Assembly (NCBI GenBank): GCA_964016885.1
Contig: OZ024744.1
Coordinates: 2,728,001-2,792,000, forward strand
Source of the DNA: Eledone cirrhosa
Lineage: Eukaryota
Direction of reading: 5' to 3'
DNA: 64,000 nt
Notes under the pieces: generated by a model
Databases searched by the model: none
What the model was told of the DNA's origin: nothing
Seen by the model: the letters and a program-made list of their open reading frames with translations, nothing else
Program-made: the position numbers and the translations under genes
Part shown: positions 23,791 through 35,500 of the stretch, piece after piece
Numbering within the stretch: the first letter of the stretch is position 1
Layout of the letters: every line of letters begins with the position of its first letter

Positions 23791-26527
23791 AGAAAGATAG
23801 CTTGGTGAAGAACGACGTTTTGAGGGAAGACAAGGTAGAGAAAGATAGCTTGGTGAAGAATGAAGTTTTGGGGGAAGACAAGGTAGAGAAAGATAGCTTG
23901 GTGAAGAACGAAGTTTTGGGGAAAGACAAGGTAGAGAAAGATAGCTTGGTGAAGAACGAAGTTTTGGGGGAATACAAGGTAGAGAAAGATAGCTTGGTGA
24001 AGAACGAAGTTTTGGGGAATACAATGTAGAGAAAGATAGCTTGGTGAAGAACGAAGTTTTGGGGGAAGACAAGGTAGAGAAAGATAGCTTGGTGAATAAC
24101 GAAGTTTTGGGAGAAGACAAGGTCGAGAAAGATAGCTTGGTGAAGAACGAAATTTTGAGGGAAGACAAGGTAGAGAAAGATAGCTTGGTGAAGAACGACG
24201 TTTTGGTGGAAGACAAGGTAGAGAAAGATAGCTTGGTGAAGAACGATGTTTTGGGGAAGACAATGTAGAGAAAGATAGCTTGGTGAAGAACGAAGTTTTG
24301 GGGGAAGACAAGGTAGAGAAAGATAGCTTGGTGAAGAACGAAGTTTTGAGGGAAGACAAGGTAGAGAAAGATAGCTTGGTGAATAACGAAGTTTTGGGAG
24401 AAGACAAGGTAGAGAAAGATAGTTGGTGAAGAACGAAGTTTTGAGGGAAGACAAGGTAGAGAAAGATAGCTTGGTGAAGAACGACATTTTGAGGGAAGAC
24501 AAAGTAGAGAAAGATAGCTTGGTGAAGAACGACGTTTTGTGGGAAGACAAGGTAGAGAAAGATAGCTTGGTGAAGAACGAAGTTTTGGGGGAAGACAAGG
24601 TAGAGAAAGATAGCTTGGTGAAGAACGAAGTTTTGGGGAAGACAATGTAGAGAAAGATAGCTTGGTGAAGAACGTAGTTTTGGGGGAAGACAAGGTAGAG
24701 AAAGATAGCTTGGTGAAGAACGAGGTTTTGAGGGAAGACAAGGTAGAGAAATATAGCTTGGTGAATAACGAAGTTTTGGGAGAAGACAAGGTAGAGAAAG
24801 ATAGCTTGGTGAAGAACGACGTTTTGAGGGAAGACAAGGTAGAGAAAGATAGCTTGGTGAAGAACGAAGTTTTGTGGGAAGACAAGGTAGAGAAAGATAG
24901 CTTGGTGAAGAACGAAGTTTTGGGGAAGGCAATGTAGAGAAAGATAGCTTGGTGAAGAACGAAGTTTTGGGGGAAGACAAGGTAGAGAAAGATAGCTTGG
25001 TGAATAACGAAGTTTTGGGAGAAGACAAGGTCGAGAAAGATAGCTTGGTGAAGAACGAAATTTTGAGGGAAGATAAGGTAGAGAAAGATAGCTTGGTGAA
25101 GAACGACGTTTTGGTGGAAGACAAGGTAGAGAAAGATAGCTTGGTGAAGAACGATGTTTTGGGGAAGACAATGTAGAGAAAGATAGCTTGGTGAAGAACG
25201 AAGTTTTGGGGGAAGACAAGGTAGAGAAAGATAGCTTGGTGAAGAACGAAGTTTTGAGGGAAGACAAGGTAGAGAAATATAGCTTGGTGAATAACGAAGT
25301 TTTGGGAGAAGACAAGGTAGAGAAAGATAGTTTGTGAAGAACGAAGTTTTGAGGGAAGACAAGGTAGAGAAAGATAGCTTGGTGAAGAACGACGTTTTGA
25401 TGGAAGACAAGGTAGAGAAAGATAGCTTGGTGAAGAACGACGTTTTGTGGGAAGACAAGGTAGAGAAAGATAGCTTGGTGAAGAACGAAGTTTTGGGGGA
25501 AGACAAGGTAGAGAAAGATAGCTTGGTGAAGAACGAAGTTTTGGGGAAGGCAATGTAGAGAAAGATAGCTTGGTGAAGAACGAAGTTTTGAGGGAAGACA
25601 AGGTAGAGAAAGATAGCTTGGTGAATAACGAAGTTTTGGGAGAAGACAAGGTAGAGAAAGATAGCTTGGTGAAGAACGACGTTTTGAGGGAAGACAAGGT
25701 AGAGAAAGATAGCTTGGTGAAGAACGAAGTTTTGGGGGAAGACAAGGTAGAGAAAGATAGCTTGGTGAAGAACGAAGTTTTGGGGGAAGACAAGGTAGAG
25801 AAAGATAGCTTGGTGAAGAACGAAGTTTTGGGAGAAGACAAGGTAGAGAAAGATAGCTTGGTGAAGAACGAAGTTTTGAGGGAAGACAAGGTAGAGAAAG
25901 ATAGCTTGGTGAAGAACGAAGTTTTGGGGGAAGACAAGGTAGAGAAAGATAGCTTGGTGAAGAACGAAGTTTTGGGGAAGACAATGTAGAGAAAGATAGC
26001 TTGGTGAAGAACGAAGTTTTGGGGGAAGACAAGGTAGAGAAAGATAGCTTGGTGAATAACGAAATTTTGGGAGAAGACAAGGTCGAGAAAGATAGCTTGG
26101 TGAAGAACGAAATTTTGAGGGAAGACAAGGTAGAGAAAGATAGCTTGGTGAAGAACGACGTTTTGGTGGAAGACAAGGTAGAGAAAGATAGCTTGGTGAA
26201 GAACGATGTTTTGGGGAAGACAATGTAGAGAAAGATAGCTTGGTGAAGAACGAAGTTTTGGGGGAAGACAAGGTAGAGAAAGATAGCTTGGTGAAGAACG
26301 ACGTTTTGAGGGAAGACACGGTAGAGAAAGATAGCTTGGTGAAGAACGACGTTTTGTGGGAAGACAAGGTAGAGAAAGATAGCTTGGTGAAGAACGAAGT
26401 TTTGGGGGAAGACAAGGTAGAGAAAGATAGCTTGGTGAAGAACGGAGTTTTGGGGGAAGACAAGGTAGAGAAAGATAGCTTGGTGAAGAACGAAGTTTTG
26501 GGGGAAGACAAGGTAGAGAAAGATAGC

Positions 26528-29500
26528 TTGGAGACGAACGAATATTTGGGGAAGACAATGTAGAGAAAGATAGCTTGGTGAAGAACGAAGTTTTGGGGAA
26601 GACAATGTAGAGAAAGATAGCTTGGTGAAGAACGAAGTTTTGGGGGAAGACAAGGTAGAGAAAGATAGCTTGGTGAAGAACGAAGTTTTGGGAGAAGACA
26701 AGGTAGAGAAAGATAGCTTGGTGAAGAACGAAGTTTTGAGGGAAGACAAGGTAGAGAAAGATAGCTTGGTGAAGAACGACGTTTTGAGGGAAGACAAGGT
26801 AGAGAAAGATAGCTTGGTGAAGAACGACGTTTTGTGGGAAGACAAGGTAGAGAAAGATAGCTTGGTGAAGAACGAAGTTTTGGGGGAAGACAAGGTAGAG
26901 AAAGATAGCTTGGTGAAGAACGAAGTTTTGGGGGAAGACAAAGTAGAGAAAGATAGCTTGGTGAATAACGAAATTTTGGGAGAAGACAAGGTCGAGAAAG
27001 ATAGCTTGGTGAAGAACGAAATTTTGAGGGAAGACAAGGTAGAGAAAGATAGCTTGGTGAAGAACGACGTTTTGGGGGAAGACAAGGTAGAGAAAGATAG
27101 CTTGGTGAAGAACGAAGTTTTGAGGGAAGACAAGGTAGAGAAAGATAGCTTGGTGAATAACGAAGTTTTGGGAGAAGACAAGGTAGAGAAAGATAGTTGG
27201 TGAAGAACGACGTTTTGAGGGAAGACAAGGTAGAGAAAGATAGCTTGGTGAAGAACGACGTTTTGAGGGAAGACAAGGTAGAGAAAGATAGCTTGGTGAA
27301 GAACGACGTTTTGTGGGTAGACAAGGTAGAGAAAGATAGCTTGGTGAAGAACGAAGTTTTGGGGGAAGACAAGGTAGAGAAAGATAGCTTGGTGAAGAAC
27401 GAAGTTTTGGGGAAGACAATGTAGAGAAAGATAGCTTGGTGAAGAACGAAGTTTTGGGGGAAGTCAAGGTAGAGAAAGATAGCTTGGTGAAGAACGAAGT
27501 TTTGAGGGAAGACAAGGTAGAGAAAGATAGCTTGGTGAATAACGAAGTTTTGGGAGAAGACAAGGTAGAGAAAGATAGCTTGGTGAAGAACGACGTTTTG
27601 AGGGAAGACAAGGTAGAGAAAGATAGCTTGGTGAAGAACGAAGTTTTGGGGGAAGACAAGGTAGAGAAAGATAGCTTGGTGAAGAACGAAGTTTTGGGGG
27701 AAGACAAGGTAGAGAAAGATAGCTTGGTGAAGAACGAAGTTTTGGGGGAAGACAAGGTAGAGAAAGATAGCTTGGTGAAGAACGAAGTTTTGGGGAAGAC
27801 AATGTAGAGAAAGATAGCTTGGTGAAGAAGGAAGTTTTGGGGGAAGACAAGGTAGAGAAAGATAGCTTGGTGAATAACGAAGTTTTGGGAGAAGACAAGG
27901 TCGAGAAAGATAGCTTGGTGAAGAACGAAATTTTGAGGGAAGACAAGATAGAGAAAGATAGCTTGGTGAAGAACGACGTTTTGGTGGAAGACAAGGTAGA
28001 GAAAGATAGCTTGGTGAAGAACGATGTTTTGGGGAAGACAATGTAGAGAAAGATAGCTTGGTGAAGAACGAAGTTTTGGGGGAAGACAAGGTAGAGAAAG
28101 ATAGCTTGGTGAAGAACGAAGTTTTGAGGGAAGACAAGGTAGAGAAAGATAGCTTGGTGAATAACGAAGTTTTGGGAGAAGACAAGGTAGAGAAAGATAG
28201 TTGGTGAAGAACGAAGTTTTGAGGGAAGACAAGGTAGAGAAAGATAGCTTGGTGAAGAACGACATTTTGAGGGAAGACAAAGTAGAGAAAGATAGCTTGG
28301 TGAAGAACGACGTTTTGTGGGAAGACAAGGTAGAGAAAGATAGCTTGGTGAAGAACGAAGTTAGGGGGAAGACAAGGTAGAGAAAGATAGCTTGGTGAAG
28401 AACGAAGTTTTGGGGAAGACAATGTAGAGAAAGATAGCTTGGTGAAGAACGAAGTTTTGGGGGAAGACAAGGTAGAGAAAGATAGCTTGGTGAAGAACGA
28501 AGTTTTGAGGGAAGACAAGGTAGAGAAAGATAGCTTGGTGAATAACGAAGTTTTGGGAGAAGACAAGGTAGAGAAAGATAGCTTGGTGAAGAACGACGTT
28601 TTGAGGGAAGACAAGGTAGAGAAAGATAGCTTGGTGAAGAAGGAAGTTTTGTGGGAAGACAAGGTAGAGAAAGATAGCTTGGTGAAGAACGAAGTTTTGG
28701 GGAAGGCAATCTAGAGAAAGATAGCTTGGTGAAGAACGAAGTTTTAGGGGAAGACAAGGTAGAGAAAGATAGCTTGGTGAATAACGAAGTTTTGGGAGAA
28801 GACAAGGTCGAGAAAGATAGCTTGGTGAAGAACGAAATTTTGAGGGAAGACAAGGTAGAGAAAGATAGCTTGGTGAAGAACGACGTTTTGGTGGAAGACA
28901 AGGTAGAGAAAGATAGCTTGGTGAAGAACGATGTTTTGGGGAAGACAATGTAGAGAAAGATAGCTTGGTGAAGAACGAAGTTTTGGGGGAAGACAAGGTA
29001 GAGAAATATAGCTTGGTGAAGAACGAAGTTTTGAGGGAAGACAAGGTAGAGAAAGATAGCTTGGTGAATAACGAAGTTTTGGGAGAAGACAAGGTAGAGA
29101 AAGATAGTTGGTGAAGAACGAAGTTTTGAGGGAAGACAAGGTAGAGCAAGATAGCTTGGTGAAGAACGACGTTTTGAGGGAAGACAAGGTAGAGAAAGAT
29201 AGCTTGGTGAAGAACGACGTTTTGTGGGAAGACAAGGTAGAGAAAGATAGCTTGGTGAAGAACGAAGTTTTGGGGGAAGACAAGGTAGAGAAAGATAGCT
29301 TGGTGAAGAACGAAGTTTTGGGGGAAGACAAGGTAGAGAAAGATAGCTTGGTGAAGAACGAAGTTTTAAGGGAAGACAAGGTAGAGAAAGATAGTTTGGT
29401 GAATAACGAAGTTTTGGGAGAAGACAAGGTAGAGAAAGATAGTTGGTGAAGAACGAAGTTTTGAGGGAAGACAAGGTAGAGAAAGATAGCTTGGTGAAGA

Positions 29501-32500
29501 ACGACGTTTTGTGGGAAGACAAGGTAGAGAAGGATAGCTTGGTGAAGAACGAAGTTTTGGGGGAAGACAAGGTAGAGAAAGATAGCTTGGTGAAGAACGA
29601 AGTTTTGGGGAAGGCAATGTAGAGAAAGATAGATTGGTGAAGAACGAAGTTTTGGGGGAAGACAAGGTAGAGAAAGATAGCTTGGTGAAGAACGAAGTTT
29701 TGAGGGAAGACAAGGTAGAGAAAGATAGCTTGGTGAATAACGAAGTTTTGGGAGAAGACAAGGTAGAGAAAGATAGTTGGTGAAGAACGAAGTTTTGAGG
29801 GAAGACAAGGTAGAGAAAGATAGCTTGGTGAAGAACGACGTTTTGAGGGAAGACAAGGTAGAGAAAGATAGCTTGGTGAAGAACGACGTTTTGTGGGAAG
29901 ACAAGGTAGAGAAAGATAGCTTGGTGAAGAACGAAGTCTTGGGGGAAGACAAGGTAGAGAAAGATAGCTTGGTGAAGAACGAAGTTTTGGGGAAGACAAG
30001 GTAGAGAAAGATAGCTTGGTGAAGAACGAAGTTTTGAGGGAAGACAAGGTAGAGAAAGATAGCTTGGTGAAGAACGAAGTTTTGGGGGAAGACAAGGTAG
30101 AGAAAGATAGCTTGGAGACGAACGAATTTTTGGGGAAGACAATGTAGAGAAAGATAGCTTGGTGAAGAACGAAGTTTTGGGGAAGACAATGTAGAGAAAG
30201 ATAGCTTGGTGAAGAACGAAGTTTTGGGGGAAGACAAGGTAGAGAAAGATAGCTTGGTGAAGAACGAAGTTTTGGGAGAAGACAAGGTAGAGAAAGATAG
30301 CTTGGTGAAGAACGAAGTTTTGAGGGAAGACAAGGTAGAGAAAGATAGCTTGGTGAAGAACGACGTTTTGAGGGAAGACAAGGTAGAGAAAGATAGCTTG
30401 GTGAAGAACGACGTTTTGTGGGAAGACAAGGTAGAGAAAGATAGCTTGGTGAAGAACGAAGTTTTGGGGGAAGACAAGGTAGAGAAAGATAGCTTGGTGA
30501 AGAACGAAGTTTTGGGGGAAGACAAAGTAGAGAAAGATAGCTTGGTGAATAACGAAATTTTGGGAGAAGACAAGGTCGAGAAAGATAGCTTGGTGAAGAA
30601 CGAAATTTTGAGGGAAGACAAGGTAGAGAAAGATAGCTTGGTGAAGAACGACGTTTTGGTGGAAGACAAGGTAGAGAAAGATAGCTTGGTGAAGAACGAT
30701 GTTTTGGGGAAGACAATGTAGAGAAAGATAGCTTGGTGAAGAACGAAGTTTTGGGGGAAGACAAGGTAGAGAAAGATAGCTTGGTGAAGAACGAAGTTGT
30801 GAGGGAAGACAAGGTAGAGAAAGATAGCTTGGTGAATAACGAAGTTTTGGGAGAAGACAAGGTAGAGAAAGATAGTTGGTGAAGAACGACGTTTTGAGGG
30901 AAGACAAGGTAGAGAAAGATAGCTTGGTGAAGAACGACGTTTTGAGGGAAGACAAGGTAGAGAAAGATAGCTTGGTGAAGAACGACGTTTTGTGGGTAGA
31001 CAAGGTAGAGAAAGATAGCTTGGTGAAGAACGAAGTTTTGGGGGAAGACAAGGTAGAGAAAGATAGCTTGGTGAAGAACGAAGTTTTGGGGAAGACAATG
31101 TAGAGAAAGATAGCTTGGTGAAGAACGAAGTTTTGGGGGAAGTCAAGGTAGAGAAAGATAGCTTGGTGAAGAACGAAGTTTTGAGGGAAGACAAGGTAGA
31201 GAAAGATAGCTTGGTGAATAACGAAGTTTTGGGAGAAGACAAGGTAGAGAAAGATAGCTTGGTGAAGAACGACGTTTTGAGGGAAGACAAGGTAGAGAAA
31301 GATAGCTTGGTGAAGAACGAAGTTTTGGGGGAAGACAAGGTAGAGAAAGATAGCTTGGTGAAGAACGAAGTTTTGGGGGAAGACAAGGTAGAGAAAGATA
31401 GCTTGGTGAAGAACGAAGTTTTGGGGGAAGACAAGGTAGAGAAAGGTAGCTTGGTGAAGAACGATGTTTTGGGGAAGACAATGTAGAGAAAGATAGCTTG
31501 GTGAAGAACGAAGTTTTGGGGGAAGACAAGGTAGAGAAAGATAGCTTGGTGAATAACGAAGTTTTGGGAGAAGACAAGGTCGAGAAAGATAGCTTGGTGA
31601 AGAACGAAATTTTGAGGGAAGACAAGATAGAGAAAGATAGCTTGGTGAAGAACGACGTTTTGGTGGAAGACAAGGTAGAGAAAGATAGCTTGGTGAAGAA
31701 CGATGTTTTGGGGAAGACAATGTAGAGAAAGATAGCTTGGTGAAGAACGAAGTTTTGGGGGAAGACAAGGTAGAGAAAGATAGCTTGGTGAATAACGAAG
31801 TTTTGGGAGAAGACAAGGTAGAGAAAGATAGTTGGTGAAGAACGAAGTTTTGAGGGAAGACAAGGTAGAGAAAGATAGCTTGGTGAAGAACGACATTTTG
31901 AGGGAAGACAAAGTAGAGAAAGATAGCTTGGTGAAGAACGACGTTTTGTGGGAAGACAAGGTAGAGAAAGATAGCTTGGTGAAGAACGAAGTTAGGGGGA
32001 AGACAAGGTAGAGAAAGATAGCTTGGTGAAGAACGAAGTTTTGGGGAAGACAATGTAGAGAAAGATAGCTTGGTGAAGAACGAAGTTTTGGGGGAAGACA
32101 AGGTAGAGAAAGATAGCTTGGTGAAGAACGAAGTTTTGAGGGAAGACAAGGTAGAGAAAGATAGCTTGGTGAATAACGAAGTTTTGGGAGAAGACAAGGT
32201 AGAGAAAGATAGCTTGGTGAAGAACGACGTTTTGAGGGAAGACAAGGTAGAGAAAGATAGCTTGGTGAAGAACGAAGTTTTGTGGGAAGACAAGGTAAAG
32301 AAAGATAGCTTGGTGAAGAACGAAGTTTTGGGGAAGGCAATCTAGAGAAAGATAGCTTGGTGAAGAACGAAGTTTTAGGGGAAGACAAGGTAGAGAAAGA
32401 TAGCTTGGTGAATAACGAAGTTTTGGGAGAAGACAAGGTCGAGAAAGATAGCTTGGTGAAGAACGAAATTTTGAGGGAAGACAAGGTAGAGAAAGATAGC

Positions 32501-35500
32501 TTGGTGAAGAACGACGTTTTGGTGGAAGACAAGGTAGAGAAAGATAGCTTGGTGAAGAACGATGTTTTGGGGAAGACAATGTAGAGAAAGATAGCTTGGT
32601 GAAGAACGAAGTTTTGGGGGAAGACAAGGTAGAGAAAGATAGCTTGGTGAAGAACGAAGTTTTGAGGGAAGACAAGGTAGAGAAAGATAGCTTGGTGAAT
32701 AACGAAGTTTTGGGAGAAGACAAGGTAGAGAAAGATAGTTGGTGAAGAACGAAGTTTTGAGGGAAGACAAGGTAGAGAAAGATAGCTTGGTGAAGAACGA
32801 CGTTTTGAGGGAAGACAAGGTAGAGAAAGATAGCTTGGTGAAGAACGACGTTTTGTGGGAAGACAAGGTAGAGAAAGATAGCTTGGTGAAGAACGAAGTT
32901 TTGGGGGAAGACAAGGTAGAGAAAGATAGCTTGGTGAAGAACGAAGTTTTGGGGAAGGCAATGTAGAGAAAGATAGATTGGTGAAGAACGAAGTTTTGGG
33001 GGAAGACAAGGTAGAGAAAGATAGCTTGGTGAAGAACGAAGTTTTAAGGGAAGACAAGGTAGAGAAAGATAGTTTGGTGAATAACGAAGTTTTGGGAGAA
33101 GACAAGGTAGAGAAAGATAGTTGGTGAAGAACGAAGTTTTAAGGGAAGACAAGGTAGAGAAAGATAGCTTGGTGAAGAACGACGTTTTGAGGGAAGACAA
33201 GGTAGAGAAAGATAGCTTGGTGAAGAACGACGTTTTGTGGGAAGACAAGGTAGAGAAAGATAGCTTGGTGAAGAACGAAGTTTTGGGGGAAGACAAGGTA
33301 GAGAAAGATAGCTTGGTGAAGAACGAAGTTTTGGGGAAGGCAATGTAGAGAAAGATAGATTGGTGAAGAACGAAGTTTTGGGGGAAGACAAGGTAGAGAA
33401 AGATAGCTTGGTGAAGAACGAAGTTTTGAGGGAAGACAAGGTAGAGAAAGATAGCTTGGTGAATAACGAAGTTTTGGGAGAAGACAAGGTAGAGAAAGAT
33501 AGTTGGTGAAGAACGAAGTTTTGAGGGAAGACAAGGTAGAGAAAGATAGCTTGGTGAAGAACGAAGTTTTGAGGGAAGACAAGGTAGAGAAAGATAGCTT
33601 GGTGAAGAACGAAGTTTTGGGGGAAGACAAGGTAGAGAAAGATAGCTTGGAGACGAACGAATTTTTTGGGAAGACAATGTAGAGAAAGATAGCTTGGTGA
33701 AGAACGAAGTTTTGGGGAAGACAATGTAGAGAAAGATAGCTTGGTGAAGAACGAAGTTTTGGGGGAAGACAAGGTAGAGAAAGATAGCTTGGTGAAGAAC
33801 GAAGTTTTGGGAGAAGACAAGGTAGAGAAAGATAGCTTGGTGAAGAACGAAGTTTTGAGGGAAGACAAGGTAGAGAAAGATAGCTTGGTGAAGAACGACG
33901 TTTTGAGGGAAGACAAGGTAGAGAAAGATAGCTTGGTGAAGAACGACGTTTTGTGGGAAGACAAGGTAGAGAAAGATAGCTTGGTGAAGAACGAAGTTTT
34001 GGGGGAAGACAAGGTAGAGAAAGATAGCTTGGTGAAGAACGAAGTTTTGGGGGAAGACAAAGTAGAGAAAGATAGCTTGGTGAATAACGAAATTTTGGGA
34101 GAAGACAAGGTCGAGAAAGATAGCTTGGTGAAGAACGAAATTTTGAGGGAAGACAAGGTAGAGAAAGATAGCTTGGTGAAGAACGACGTTTTGGTGGAAG
34201 ACAAGGTAGAGAAAGATAGCTTGGTGAAGAACGATGTTTTGGGGAAGACAATGTAGAGAAAGATAGCTTGGTGAAGAACGAAGTTTTGGGGGAAGACAAG
34301 GTAGAGAAAGATAGCTTGGTGAAGAACGAAGTTGTGAGGGAAGACAAGGTAGAGAAAGATAGCTTGGTGAATAACGAAGTTTTGGGAGAAGACAAGGTAG
34401 AGAAAGATAGTTGGTGAAGAACGACGTTTTGAGGGAAGACAAGGTAGAGAAAGATAGCTTGGTGAAGAACGACGTTTTGAGGGAAGACAAGGTAGAGAAA
34501 GATAGCTTGGTGAAGAACGACGTTTTGTGGGTAGACAAGGTAGAGAAAGATAGCTTGGTGAAGAACGAAGTTTTGGGGGAAGACAAGGTAGAGAAAGATA
34601 GCTTGGTGAAGAACGAAGTTTTGGGGAAGACAATGTAGAGAAAGATAGCTTGGTGAAGAACGAAGTTTTGGGGGAAGTCAAGGTAGAGAAAGATAGCTTG
34701 GTGAAGAACGAAGTTTTGAGGGAAGACAAGGTAGAGAAAGATAGCTTGGTGAATAACGAAGTTTTGGGAGAAGACAAGGTAGAGAAAGATAGCTTGGTGA
34801 AGAACGACGTTTTGAGGGAAGACAAGGTAGAGAAAGATAGCTTGGTGAAGAACGAAGTTTTGGGGGAAGACAAGGTAGAGAAAGATAGCTTGGTGAAGAA
34901 CGAAGTTTTGGGGGAAGACAAGGTAGAGAAAGATAGCTTGGTGAAGAACGAAGTTTTGGGGGAAGACAAGGTAGAGAAAGATAGCTTGGTGAAGAACGAT
35001 GTTTTGGGGAAGACAATGTAGAGAAAGATAGCTTGGTGAAGAACGAAGTTTTGGGGGAAGACAAGGTAGAGAAAGATAGCTTGGTGAATAACGAAGTTTT
35101 GGGAGAAGACAAGGTCGAGAAAGATAGCTTGGTGAAGAACGAAATTTTGAGGGAAGACAAGATAGAGAAAGATAGCTTGGTGAAGAACGACGTTTTGGTG
35201 GAAGACAAGGTAGAGAAAGATAGCTTGGTGAAGAACGATGTTTTGGGGAAGACAATGTAGAGAAAGATAGCTTGGTGAAGAACGAAGTTTTGGGGGAAGA
35301 CAAGGTAGAGAAAGATAGCTTGGTGAATAACGAAGTTTTGGGAGAAGACAAGGTAGAGAAAGATAGTTGGTGAAGAACGAAGTTTTGAGGGAAGACAAGG
35401 TAGAGAAAGATAGCTTGGTGAAGAACGACATTTTGAGGGAAGACAAAGTAGAGAAAGATAGCTTGGTGAAGAACGACGTTTTGTGGGAAGACAAGGTAGA

